From Clostridiales bacterium (GTDB taxonomy: Bacteria; Bacillota; Clostridia; Christensenellales; UBA1242): a stretch of DNA of 64,000 nt. The notes under the pieces were generated by a model that made no database searches, was not told where the DNA came from, and worked only from the letters and a program-made list of their open reading frames with translations. Of this stretch, positions 8,901 to 17,861 are shown one piece after another. The stretch's first letter is position 1. Every line of letters begins with the position of its first letter. Where the stretch lies: the NCBI GenBank assembly GCA_003522085.1, contig DPGI01000009.1, forward strand, positions 151,396 through 215,395, given 5' to 3'. Position numbers and translations under genes: made by a program.

Positions 8901-10250
8901 ATGGAAAAAAACACACGTCCGCAAAAGGAAACATGGAAGGTTTTTGGAAGTGATGAAATCCTTGAAGATAAGGAATTGATTGACTATTACAAATTGCACC
9001 TTTATGATGAAAAATTGATAAACAAGCTCCTTGGTGAATTTACAGACAAAGGAGAATATGTTTTGCCTGATGATGTAAAAACACCACTTGTTAAAGTGAA
9101 AAAACTCATAACATTTTCGGGCGAAAATTCTTATGCGGCAGAAACGCCAGTTAAAAATCAAACCATGAGATTTTTGGTTAAATACTGGTATGTAGAAAAA
9201 ATGGGGATCGCCAACTTGTATTTTATTGAAAACCTTGATGGCGAAGATATGAGAACATTTGTTGCTCAATTCATAGGTGAAAACAACAGCGATTTTCTTA
9301 CGCGTGTTAAAGCGGCTTTCAATTTAAACAGCGACATAGATGAATTTGCTGACGACTATTTTGATCAGTTGCAACAAAAATATGATTTTTTAACTGCCAA
9401 GAAAGCTGAAAGAGACTTTGTAGTAGAAATTCAATCGGAATATTACCTGCGTGAAATGCTGGAACTTTTAAAAGAAAAAGGCGGTGAAAAAGGGAAAGCT
9501 ATTGCCGAGCAAATAGAACAAGAAATTGAAGAAAAAAAGTTACTTATAAATAAAGAAGGCATGTATACTTTGCTTCGTCTTAAAATGGACAAGTTGATTA
9601 TCGCTTCTGGCGGGTTTAACGAACTTAAAAAAGTGATTATAACCTTGCCAAAGGCCGTGCAAAATTATACTAAGCCAGTTAAAGATTATGATGACATTTC
9701 ACAAAAACTTGATGCTATGAAAGTGCCTGATACTCCTAAAACAAAAGCCGCGTCGGGAGCAAGAAATGCAGCAGGCAAAAAAGCGGCCAAGAAGGGTAAA
9801 CCCTTTACACCACCTAAAACTAAATCTTATTATTCATTAGACACACCTAAAAAGCCGGCAAAAACTAAAGAATTAATGTTGGGGCATAAGTCTTCTGTAA
9901 CACCAGCAGCGAAAGGCAATGATAGTGTTGCGCAAACAAAGCCAGCCACAAGCGACAAAAGTGCAACGACTCCTGTAATCAAGCCAACCATAAAATATAA
10001 CACTCCTGGGGTTATGTTTGATTTTGCAGATGCATATTTCTTAGATAAATACAGCCCAAGCAATATCAATTTAGTGGCTTCATCAAATCAAACCAAGACA
10101 TTACAGATGATGGATGAAAAATATGTTTCATCACCAAAAAACGAGAGCCTTGAAGGTGTTTATTTAAAAGAAACAATAAAGCCAACCGAAAGCAGCCTTC
10201 TAGAAAATCCAGCGCCAAAAGCGGACCTTGTTGATATTCTTGTTTACTAA
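8901..10250 (+). CDS. hypothetical protein with K/P/A/T-rich low-complexity C-terminal half
   Basis: long ORF. The track's TTG start at 8886 lies inside the TATAAT box, so the ATG at 8901 is preferred. No recognisable domain. Confidence 0.6.
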   Translation: MEKNTRPQKETWKVFGSDEILEDKELIDYYKLHLYDEKLINKLLGEFTDKGEYVLPDDVKTPLVKVKKLITFSGENSYAAETPVKNQTMRFLVKYWYVEKMGIANLYFIENLDGEDMRTFVAQFIGENNSDFLTRVKAAFNLNSDIDEFADDYFDQLQQKYDFLTAKKAERDFVVEIQSEYYLREMLELLKEKGGEKGKAIAEQIEQEIEEKKLLINKEGMYTLLRLKMDKLIIASGGFNELKKVIITLPKAVQNYTKPVKDYDDISQKLDAMKVPDTPKTKAASGARNAAGKKAAKKGKPFTPPKTKSYYSLDTPKKPAKTKELMLGHKSSVTPAAKGNDSVAQTKPATSDKSATTPVIKPTIKYNTPGVMFDFADAYFLDKYSPSNINLVASSNQTKTLQMMDEKYVSSPKNESLEGVYLKETIKPTESSLLENPAPKADLVDILVY

Positions 10251-10252
10251 AT

Positions 10253-10286
10253 AAAAAAAGAACAATTTAATTTGTTCTTTTTTTTA
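10253..10286. terminator. bidirectional terminator between convergent genes
   Basis: aaagaacaatttaatttgttcttt hairpin flanked by A- and T-runs. Confidence 0.75.
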
Positions 10287-10299
10287 TAACAAATATATT

Positions 10300-10809
10300 T
10301 TAAATTGAAGGGACGTCGTGTTCAACACATTTGTTTACTGTTTCTTGGAAAGTAACAAGTGCATTGTTTGCGTCGATGTTGACTTTGTCAAGCTCTTCAA
10401 CGGGTTTTAATTGTCCGTTTTCCATAAGATCATTGATATATTGGTGGAAGTTGAAGATTTGAAGTTCGCTTGAATTTCTTGCATATGATCCTGGGTTTCT
10501 TGATAAGCCACCTGTGAATCCTGAAAGATTTTGGAAAACAAGTGAACGTGAATATTTGACAAAGTTTTTGTCAAATTGTCTTAAAAAGTCTCTGCATTCT
10601 GCTTCGTTTACGATTGGAGTTGAAACTGTTGATGCCATTGGGCTGTCAAGCCATGCTTGATAAGTTTCATCATTTTCAACTGGCACATAATTTGCATCAT
10701 GCTTTCTATAAATATAATCCACCAAATTAAACATAATCAAGCATAAATTTTTTTGTTGAATGTTTAATTTATCAACATTGGCTTTACTTAATTCGGTAAT
10801 GTATTTCAT
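10300..10809 (-). CDS. hypothetical protein (169 aa)
   Basis: ORF with a GGAGGAAAAC SD; no motif recognised. Confidence 0.6.
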   Translation of the reverse strand: MKYITELSKANVDKLNIQQKNLCLIMFNLVDYIYRKHDANYVPVENDETYQAWLDSPMASTVSTPIVNEAECRDFLRQFDKNFVKYSRSLVFQNLSGFTGGLSRNPGSYARNSSELQIFNFHQYINDLMENGQLKPVEELDKVNIDANNALVTFQETVNKCVEHDVPSI

Positions 10810-10919
10810 GTTTTCCTCCGTTTGACTTTTGTTTTGTATAACTTTTTTGCTGATTTTAGAGCTATATTGGTCTATGTTTGTCTAATTATAACATAAAAGT
10901 TTTGGTTTGTAAATACCCT

Positions 10920-10949
10920 TTGCATAAGATTTTTTATTAAGTTTACACT
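10920..10949 (+). promoter_or_regulatory. promoter abutting the ATG at 10956 (leaderless candidate)
   Basis: TTGCAT(10920-10925), 18 nt, TACACT(10944-10949), then 6 nt to the ATG; no SD. Confidence 0.45.
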
Positions 10950-10955
10950 AAGATT

Positions 10956-12488
10956 ATGTCAAAAAATATTGGAAGGGGGACCATAATTTTAATTGCAAGC
11001 GGGATTTTGTGCAAGGCGCTAGGGGCGCTTTTTAGACTTCCGCTTACTTCTATTTTGGGCATTGAGGGCATCGGCGTTTTTCAAATGGTTATGGCCGTCT
11101 ATTCATTTGCGCTTGTTTTAACAAGCGGCGGCGTGGCGGCGACTCTTTCTAAATATGTGTCGCAAGCCAGGGCGCGCGGAGACTGGGGAAAGATCAAATC
11201 TCTTCTGAGATCGGCGCTTATTTATTCTTTAACTGGCGGAATAATTGTGGGCGGAATAATTTTCGCTTTTGCCGGCGGAATTTCTGCTGTTCAATCAATT
11301 CCGGATGGGGTGCTGAGTTATCGCTTGATGATTTTGCTTGTTCCTTTTGGCGGAATAATCGCTGCGGTAAGGGGAGTGTTTCAAGGATATGAAAACATGA
11401 CACCAACAGCCGTAAGTCAAGTTTTAGAACAAGGTGGCAAGTTTGGATTTGGGCTGCTGTTTGCTTTTTTGTTTGGCAAAAAAGGTTTGGCGGCTGGTGT
11501 TTTTGGTGCGTTTTTAGGCATAACGATAAGTGAAGTAATCGTAATAATGGTCCTTTCAATATATATGAAAATGCGCGGAAGAAATAACAAAAATGTGCTG
11601 TCTAAAACAAAAACGGCTTTTGTTAAAGACACGGCTACGCTGTCTTTGGGATTGTCGATTATGCCGCTTGTGTCGGCTATTGACAGTTTTATCATTGTTT
11701 CAAGGCTGATGCTTGCTGGTTTTTCGGCCGAAAACGCAACTGCTTTATTTGGACTTCAAACGGGAGTCGTCGGCGCGCTGATGAATTTTCCACTTATTCT
11801 TTCTTCGTCTATTTCTGTCGCGCTGTTGCCGTCTGTTTCATATGACGAAGCAGCGCTTAGCGAGCAAAGTCAAAATTCTATTTCAAAAACACTCAAAATC
11901 ATGTGGCTTGTGCTTATGCCACTTTCGGTCGGAATCGCGTCCATTTCGAGACCGCTTTATAGTTTAATCTACCCAAATTTAGACAAAAATTTACTAGACT
12001 TCGCTGTCAATTTAACCTATTTGGGTGCTGTTTCAACCATAGTCACGGCGCTTATGCAATTTTTTGTTACTTTACTGCAAGCGAAGGGGCTGTTTAGATA
12101 TTGCATGTTAAGTTATCTGGTTGCAGGGGTGGCAAAAATCCTTTGCGTTTATTTTTTGTGTGCCATCGAAAGTGTGAATATTTATGGAATTGCGGTGGGA
12201 AACATTGCGTTTGCAAGCATAGTTGTGATTATGGCGCTTGTCAGAAACAAGCGCAAGGTTTCGGTGGGATTTTTTGATTTGGTGCTGCCACTTTTGTCTG
12301 CTGTCGCTATGAATTTGGCGATTTTAAGGCTGCTTAGCCTGACAAGTTTTTCGCCGATTGTGCAAGTGGTGCTTAGTATTGCACTTGGCGGCGTTATATA
12401 TGTTGTTTCCACGCTTCCGACCAGCAGTGAAATCGTTAAAGATTATGTGAAAGCGAAAAATAAAAAGCAAGAAAAAAAGCCAAACTGA
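10956..12488 (+). CDS. MOP-superfamily flippase (MurJ/SpoVB-like polysaccharide or lipid II flippase)
   Basis: 510 aa, about 14 TM segments, N-terminus GTIILIASGILCKALGALFRLPLTSILG typical of the SpoVB/MurJ family. Confidence 0.8.
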   Translation: MSKNIGRGTIILIASGILCKALGALFRLPLTSILGIEGIGVFQMVMAVYSFALVLTSGGVAATLSKYVSQARARGDWGKIKSLLRSALIYSLTGGIIVGGIIFAFAGGISAVQSIPDGVLSYRLMILLVPFGGIIAAVRGVFQGYENMTPTAVSQVLEQGGKFGFGLLFAFLFGKKGLAAGVFGAFLGITISEVIVIMVLSIYMKMRGRNNKNVLSKTKTAFVKDTATLSLGLSIMPLVSAIDSFIIVSRLMLAGFSAENATALFGLQTGVVGALMNFPLILSSSISVALLPSVSYDEAALSEQSQNSISKTLKIMWLVLMPLSVGIASISRPLYSLIYPNLDKNLLDFAVNLTYLGAVSTIVTALMQFFVTLLQAKGLFRYCMLSYLVAGVAKILCVYFLCAIESVNIYGIAVGNIAFASIVVIMALVRNKRKVSVGFFDLVLPLLSAVAMNLAILRLLSLTSFSPIVQVVLSIALGGVIYVVSTLPTSSEIVKDYVKAKNKKQEKKPN

Positions 12489-12507
12489 AATATCTTTGAA
12501 AATCAGT

Positions 12508-12535
12508 TTGTTTGATTGATAAAGTTTGATAAAAT
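12508..12535 (+). promoter_or_regulatory. promoter abutting the ATG at 12542 (leaderless candidate)
   Basis: TTGTTT, 16 nt, TGaTAAAAT(12530-12535), then 6 nt to the ATG. Confidence 0.45.
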
Positions 12536-12541
12536 ATTGTC

Positions 12542-13474
12542 ATGACAGATTTACTCAAACTTGACAATAACATAGTTATTGCTCCTATGGCGGGATACAG
12601 CGATGTGGGATTCCGCTCTATTTGTTGTGACTTTGGTTCGGGTGCGACGTTTACCGAAATGTTGTCGGCACAGGCTATGCTTTACGGCAACAAAAAGACG
12701 CAAGATATGACATTTAGATATCCAACTGAAAAGTGTGTAATCGCTCAGATTTTTGGAAATGATCCAATTGTTATGGCGCGCGCAGTTGGCAATCCGATAT
12801 TAGATGGGTTTGAAGGCATAGATATAAACATGGGTTGCCCAGCGCCAAAAGTTGTAAAAAACGGCGAAGGCTCGGCGCTTTTGAAGAATTTGCCACTTGC
12901 GGGAAGAATCATTCAGGCGTGCAAAAAAGAGGCGGGAATGCGTCCGCTTAGTGTGAAGGTTAGGTTGGGCTTTAATGAAAACAACATCACCGAAATCGCA
13001 AAAATGTGTGAAGAGAGCGGAGCAGATTTTATCACTGTTCATGGCAGAACGACCAAGCAAATGTTTGCGGGCGAAGTTGATTATGATTCAATCGCAAAAG
13101 CAAAACAAAGCGTTTCGATTCCGGTTTTCGGAAATGGGAATGTGACAGATAAACATAGTTATGAAAAAATGCTTTCGACGGGAGTTGACGGTATTATGAT
13201 TGGCAGAGGTGTTGTTGGCAAACCTTGGCTGATAGCCGATTTGCTTGACAAACCTTATGTTATTTCGCCGATTGAGGCAATAAAAAAACATGTTGAAATT
13301 TTGCGAAAATATTATCCGGAGCAATGGATTGTTTTGTTTATGCGAAAGCATTTTATCGCATATGCCTCTGCCTTTAAAGGTGGGGCGAAAAGCAAGATTG
13401 CGCTTTCGACCAGTCAAAGCATTGATGAAAGTTTAAATATATTGCAAGAACTTTATAATCATTTTGAAATTTAA
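12542..13474 (+). CDS. dus: tRNA-dihydrouridine synthase
   Basis: 310 aa; APMAGYSD, DINMGCPAPKV, TVHGRT, GNG motifs of the Dus family. Confidence 0.9.
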   Translation: MTDLLKLDNNIVIAPMAGYSDVGFRSICCDFGSGATFTEMLSAQAMLYGNKKTQDMTFRYPTEKCVIAQIFGNDPIVMARAVGNPILDGFEGIDINMGCPAPKVVKNGEGSALLKNLPLAGRIIQACKKEAGMRPLSVKVRLGFNENNITEIAKMCEESGADFITVHGRTTKQMFAGEVDYDSIAKAKQSVSIPVFGNGNVTDKHSYEKMLSTGVDGIMIGRGVVGKPWLIADLLDKPYVISPIEAIKKHVEILRKYYPEQWIVLFMRKHFIAYASAFKGGAKSKIALSTSQSIDESLNILQELYNHFEI

Positions 13475-13509
13475 ACAAAAAAGTGTATATTATTTTTAGG
13501 AGGCTTTAT

Positions 13510-14691
13510 ATGAAAAGAAGCATCAGAGATTTAGTCAACCTTGAAGGCAAACGGGTGTTTTTAAGAACAGACTTCAACTTACCTATGGACAATGCTGGTA
13601 GAATTACAGATACGACAAGACTGATCAGCGAATTACCTACGATAAGATTTTTGGTTGAACGCGGCGCGCGCGTTATTATTTGCTCGCACCTTGGCAGACC
13701 AAAGGGGTTTGATTTTAGGCTTTCTTTGTGGCCAATCTCGCTGATTTTAATGAAATATTTTCCTGGAAAAGTTTCGTTTGCGCACAAAGTAGTTGGCGAT
13801 GAAGTTAAAAAACAAGTTGAATGCATGTCAAACGGCTCAATCCTGCTTTTAGAAAATGTTAGATTTTACAAAGAAGAAACTGAAAACGATCCTGAGTTTT
13901 CAAAAGAACTTGCTTCGCTTGCAGACATTTATGTAAACGATGCGTTTGGTGTTATCCACAGAAAGCACGCATCGACTTATGGCGTTGCAAGACTTTTGCC
14001 AAATGCAATTGGATTTTTGGTTGAAAATGAACTCAACATTATTACAAACGCGTTAAAAAATCCACAACAACCTTTCATCGCTATCTTTGGTGGAGCAAAG
14101 GTTGAAGATAAAATTTCGGCAATTTTAAATATTCTCAAAACTGCCGACATTATTTTGGTTGGCGGAGCGATGGCTTATTCGTTTATGATGGCAAAAAATC
14201 AAACCATCGGCCGCAGTTTTTCAAGCTTAAACAGCGTCACAATCGCAAAGCAGATTTTGGAAGAAGCCCAAAAAGCGGGCAAGCGAATTGTGCTTCCTGT
14301 TGACCATATAGCATATATGTATGGTGACAAAAAACGCAAGACTTTTGTTACTGAAGTTTTGTCAGGCGAAATGGTCGGCTGTGATATTGGTCCTAAGACA
14401 ATCAAACTTTTTTCCGAAGAGATAGGAAAGGCAAAACAAGTTATTTGGAACGGACCGCTTGGAATGTATGAAGAACCAAAATTCCAAAAAGGAACATTTG
14501 AAATAGCAAAAATAATTGGTCATAGCACCGCTTATTCAATAGTTGGCGGTGGAGATAGCGCAAGTGCGGTTAAACAGGCGCATTGTCTTAGAATGATAAA
14601 TCATGTTTCAACAGGCGGAGGAGCTACACTTAAACTTATGGGCGGTGAATCTTTGCCAGGGATCGAAGTAATTCAGGAGAAATCAGTATGA
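13510..14691 (+). CDS. pgk: phosphoglycerate kinase
   Basis: RVFLRTDFNLP, SHLGRPKG, STGGGATL motifs; AGGAGG SD before the ATG at 13510 (the track start at 13483 is less likely). Confidence 0.96.
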   Translation: MKRSIRDLVNLEGKRVFLRTDFNLPMDNAGRITDTTRLISELPTIRFLVERGARVIICSHLGRPKGFDFRLSLWPISLILMKYFPGKVSFAHKVVGDEVKKQVECMSNGSILLLENVRFYKEETENDPEFSKELASLADIYVNDAFGVIHRKHASTYGVARLLPNAIGFLVENELNIITNALKNPQQPFIAIFGGAKVEDKISAILNILKTADIILVGGAMAYSFMMAKNQTIGRSFSSLNSVTIAKQILEEAQKAGKRIVLPVDHIAYMYGDKKRKTFVTEVLSGEMVGCDIGPKTIKLFSEEIGKAKQVIWNGPLGMYEEPKFQKGTFEIAKIIGHSTAYSIVGGGDSASAVKQAHCLRMINHVSTGGGATLKLMGGESLPGIEVIQEKSV

Positions 14692-15437
14692 AAAAATTGA
14701 TTATTGCAAATTTAAAAATGAACCAAAATGCAACTGAAGCAAAATTGTATTTCACAAAACTTGTTGCGGGGTTTACAAGTCAAAAATGTGACTTAGTTGT
14801 TTGCCCAAGTTATGTTGCATTGCCAATAGCAAACTATTTGACAGTTGGCAGTCCAATCAAACTAGGCGCGCAAAATGTCAGCGACGAAGAAAACGGCGCA
14901 CACACTGGCGAAATCAGCGCAAGCATGCTTAAAGACATTGGCGCAGAATACGTTATTGTCGGACACAGCGAAAGAAGAACCAAGTTTAAAGAAAGCGATA
15001 AACTTATAAATAAAAAGATTAAATTTGCGCTTAAATACAGACTAAAATGTGTGCTTTGCATTGGCGAAAGCCTTGCAGATAGAAACAGCGGAAAAACTTA
15101 TGAAATATTAAAGAAGCAACTCGATGAAGATTTGCGCGGACTTTATGAAAACGAACTTGAAAGCGTTGTCATCGCATATGAGCCAGTTTGGGCCATTGGG
15201 ACGGGCAACAATGCATCAGTTAAAGATGTGGAACTTGCCGCAAGGCAAATCAGAAAAGTTGTTTATGAAAACTTCTCAGAAAAGGCAAGCCGTGACATTC
15301 AAGTTGTTTATGGCGGAAGTTTAAACGAGAAAATTTATGCCGCACTTATTTCGGCAAGTGGAATTGATGGCGGGCTGTTTGGCGGTTCATCACTAAGCGC
15401 AAACTCATTTTTAAATATGATAAATTCATTAAAATAA
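14688..15437 (+). CDS. tpiA: triosephosphate isomerase
   Basis: 249 aa; IIANLKMN, VIVGHSERR, AYEPVWAIGTG motifs; 4-nt overlap with pgk. Confidence 0.96.
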   Translation: MKKLIIANLKMNQNATEAKLYFTKLVAGFTSQKCDLVVCPSYVALPIANYLTVGSPIKLGAQNVSDEENGAHTGEISASMLKDIGAEYVIVGHSERRTKFKESDKLINKKIKFALKYRLKCVLCIGESLADRNSGKTYEILKKQLDEDLRGLYENELESVVIAYEPVWAIGTGNNASVKDVELAARQIRKVVYENFSEKASRDIQVVYGGSLNEKIYAALISASGIDGGLFGGSSLSANSFLNMINSLK

Positions 15438-15462
15438 CAAAGGCAGTGCGGGCAAATATAAT

Positions 15463-15491
15463 TTGACAAACACCGTCACATAGTTTAATAT
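15463..15491 (+). promoter_or_regulatory. consensus promoter abutting the dnaX ATG (leaderless candidate)
   Basis: TTGACA(15463-15468), 17 nt, TAATAT(15486-15491), then 6 nt to the ATG at 15498; no SD. Confidence 0.65.
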
Positions 15492-15497
15492 AAAGAT

Positions 15498-16604
15498 ATG
15501 GAAAATCATTTAGCACTTTACAGAAAATACAGACCACAAACATTTGATGAAGTGGTAGGTCAAGAACACATTACGAAAACTCTGGCAAATCAAATTGTGT
15601 CAGACAAACTTTCTCACGCCTATCTTTTTACTGGTTCACGCGGAACGGGCAAAACCAGTGTTGCAAAAATCTTTGCAAAGGCAGTTAATTGCACTCACAA
15701 CGAAAACGGATCGCCTTGCGGTCAATGCGAAAGTTGCAAGAGAATCAGCGAAGGTCGCGATGTAAACGTAATTGAAATTGACGCTGCTTCAAACAACCGT
15801 GTTGACGACATAAGAGAATTGCGCGAAAAGGTTAAGTTTGCACCAATAGATGCTAAATACAAAGTTTACATCATCGACGAAGTGCATATGCTTTCAGACA
15901 GTGCATTCAACGCGCTTTTAAAAACATTGGAAGAACCACCAAAATATGTGATTTTCATTTTGGCGACAACTGAAGTTCACAAACTTCCTGCAACGATTCT
16001 TTCAAGATGTTCTAGATTTGATTTTAGATTGCTTTCAATCGAAAACCTTTGCAAGGTTTTAAACAAAGTTTTTGCAAGTGAAGAAATTACCGCCGAACCA
16101 GAAGCCGTTAAACTTATCGCAGCAAGCGGCGAAGGAAGTGTGAGAGATACTCTTTCAATTGCTGACAGTATAAATGCATATGCAGACGGGAACATCACAA
16201 AAGAAGACGTTTTAAAGGTTTTGGGAACAACCGATCACGACCTTTTGATCGAATTCTTTGACAAAATTATAAACAAAGATATTGGCGGCGTGCTTTCGCT
16301 TATAAGCGAAATTGACGGCAAGGGCAAAAACCTAGCAGTGTTTGCTAAGGATTGCGCTAAACATGCAAGAGATTTGCTTGTTTGCAAAACTTGCAATGAG
16401 CCAGCGGCTATACTCAACTTTCCAGAAGAACTTTTGAAAAAATACACCGCACAAGCTCAAGAAGTTAGCGACAAAGATTTGATTTGCTATATGCAAAATT
16501 TTGCAGCAAGCGAAACCGAACTTAGATATGCACTTTCAACTAGATTGCTGCTTGAAAGCATTGCAATAAATTGCATTAACGGTGAAACCGCAAAAAAAAA
16601 CTAA
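15498..16604 (+). CDS. dnaX: DNA polymerase III subunit gamma/tau, zero-frame product (domains I-III)
   Basis: 368 aa; LYRKYRPQTFDEVVGQ, GSRGTGKTS Walker A, Zn module CTHNENGSPCGQCESC, IIDEVHML; ends in GCA AAA AAA AAC TAA. Confidence 0.93.
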   Translation: MENHLALYRKYRPQTFDEVVGQEHITKTLANQIVSDKLSHAYLFTGSRGTGKTSVAKIFAKAVNCTHNENGSPCGQCESCKRISEGRDVNVIEIDAASNNRVDDIRELREKVKFAPIDAKYKVYIIDEVHMLSDSAFNALLKTLEEPPKYVIFILATTEVHKLPATILSRCSRFDFRLLSIENLCKVLNKVFASEEITAEPEAVKLIAASGEGSVRDTLSIADSINAYADGNITKEDVLKVLGTTDHDLLIEFFDKIINKDIGGVLSLISEIDGKGKNLAVFAKDCAKHARDLLVCKTCNEPAAILNFPEELLKKYTAQAQEVSDKDLICYMQNFAASETELRYALSTRLLLESIAINCINGETAKKN

Positions 16605-16933
16605 TTAAACAAGTTGCCTCTAATAACGAGCGTGACATTTGGGGAAAAGTTGTGCTGTTTTTAAAAGAACACCGACATATTGCCATGTTTGTTGCTTGTG
16701 GAGACATTACAGAAGTTGCTGTGCAAGACGGAAAATTTATTATCACAGCACCAGACAAAACAGTTTATGCGCTGCTCAGCCAAGGTAAGCGAGAAATCGA
16801 ACGTGCGCTTTCATGGCAGGGGCTTGAACTTAATGTAGTCATCGAAGAAAAAGAAATCGTGCCGGATAAATTTGAAGACGACAAAAAAGTGCTTTCAAAA
16901 ATCTTTGGCAAAAAACTTACAACCATAGAATAA
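16586..16933 (+). CDS. dnaX: dnaX downstream segment in the -1 frame (tau C-terminal region)
   Basis: The -1 frame is open from 16586 through the A9 run (16592-16600) to 16933. It encodes ..ERDIWGKVVLFLKEHRHIAMFVACGDITEVAVQDGKFIITAP.., which matches the usual IW..vl..l pattern of Bacillota DnaX C-termini. Confidence 0.6.
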   Translation, partial: NRKKKLIKQVASNNERDIWGKVVLFLKEHRHIAMFVACGDITEVAVQDGKFIITAPDKTVYALLSQGKREIERALSWQGLELNVVIEEKEIVPDKFEDDKKVLSKIFGKKLTTIE

Positions 16934-16945
16934 TTGGAGGAATAT

Positions 16946-17266
16946 ATGGGATACGGATTTGGTGGATTTGGCGGAGGAAATATGCAACAACTCATGCGCC
17001 AAGCACAAAAAATGCAGCAAGACATGCAACGTGCGCGTGCCGAACTTGACGAAAGAGAATTTACAAGCAGTGTTGGCGGAGGAATGGTTGAACTGACTAT
17101 GCTTGGAAACAAGACAGTAAAATCACTTTCCATCAAACCTGAAGTTATTGATCCTGATGACAAAGAAATGCTTGAAGACTTGATTGTAAGCGCGTTTAAC
17201 GACGTTATCGCTAAAATCGAAATCGCAGAAAAAGAAACTATGCCTAATATGCCGGGGATGATGTAA
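16946..17266 (+). CDS. ybaB: nucleoid-associated protein YbaB/EbfC
   Basis: MQQLMRQAQKMQQDMQ...GGGMVELTMLGNKTVKSLSIKPEVIDPDD; GGAGG SD before the ATG at 16946; conserved dnaX-ybaB-recR order. Confidence 0.9.
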   Translation: MGYGFGGFGGGNMQQLMRQAQKMQQDMQRARAELDEREFTSSVGGGMVELTMLGNKTVKSLSIKPEVIDPDDKEMLEDLIVSAFNDVIAKIEIAEKETMPNMPGMM

Positions 17267-17267
17267 G

Positions 17268-17861
17268 ATGGCAAGATTTGACGAACCTATTGAAAGACTG
17301 ATTGAATATTTTCGCTCTTTGCCTGGGGTCGGTTATAAAACTGCACAAAGATATGCCTATTCAATAATCGAAGGCTCAAACGAACGTGCTGAAAACTTTG
17401 CAAACGCCATAAAAGACGTTAAAAGTAAAATCGGACTTTGCACTAAGTGCGGGAATTATACGGACAAGCCTGTTTGTGATATTTGCGAAAAGCGCAGCGG
17501 CAAAACTATTTGCGTAGTTAAAGAGCCAAAAGATATTCTTTCAATGGAAAAAATAAAAAACTACGACGGAGTTTATCACGTGTTGTTTGGACTTATAAGT
17601 CCGCTTGAAGGCAAAGGTCCAAATGATATTAAAGTGAAAGAACTTTTAAATCGCATAAACGAACTTGGAACAGAAGAAGTCATTATGGCAACTGATCCAG
17701 ACGTTGAAGGCGACGCGACAGCAATGTATATCGCAAAACTTTTAAAGCCAATGGGCATAAAGGTTACGCGTCTTGCTCAAGGAATCTCTATGGGCAGCGA
17801 TCTTGAATACGCCGATGAAATTACGCTTTCAAAAGCGATGGAAGGAAGAAGAGAAATTTGA
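17268..17861 (+). CDS. recR: recombination protein RecR
   Basis: 197 aa; LPGVGYKTAQRYAY HhH, C4 zinc finger CTKCGNY..CDIC, Toprim region VVKEPKD..ATDPDVEGDATA. Confidence 0.95.
   Translation: MARFDEPIERLIEYFRSLPGVGYKTAQRYAYSIIEGSNERAENFANAIKDVKSKIGLCTKCGNYTDKPVCDICEKRSGKTICVVKEPKDILSMEKIKNYDGVYHVLFGLISPLEGKGPNDIKVKELLNRINELGTEEVIMATDPDVEGDATAMYIAKLLKPMGIKVTRLAQGISMGSDLEYADEITLSKAMEGRREI

Noticed and set aside
15438-15497. SRP RNA (scRNA/ffs) upstream of dnaX, as in Bacillus
   Set aside because: The intergenic region is only 60 nt and is fully explained by a consensus promoter. No SRP domain IV motif is present.
16765-17274. 169-aa minus-strand ORF covering ybaB and the end of the dnaX region
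   Set aside because: It is antisense to the well-conserved YbaB/EbfC gene. It is Ser/Ile-rich and low in complexity, and it has no SD.
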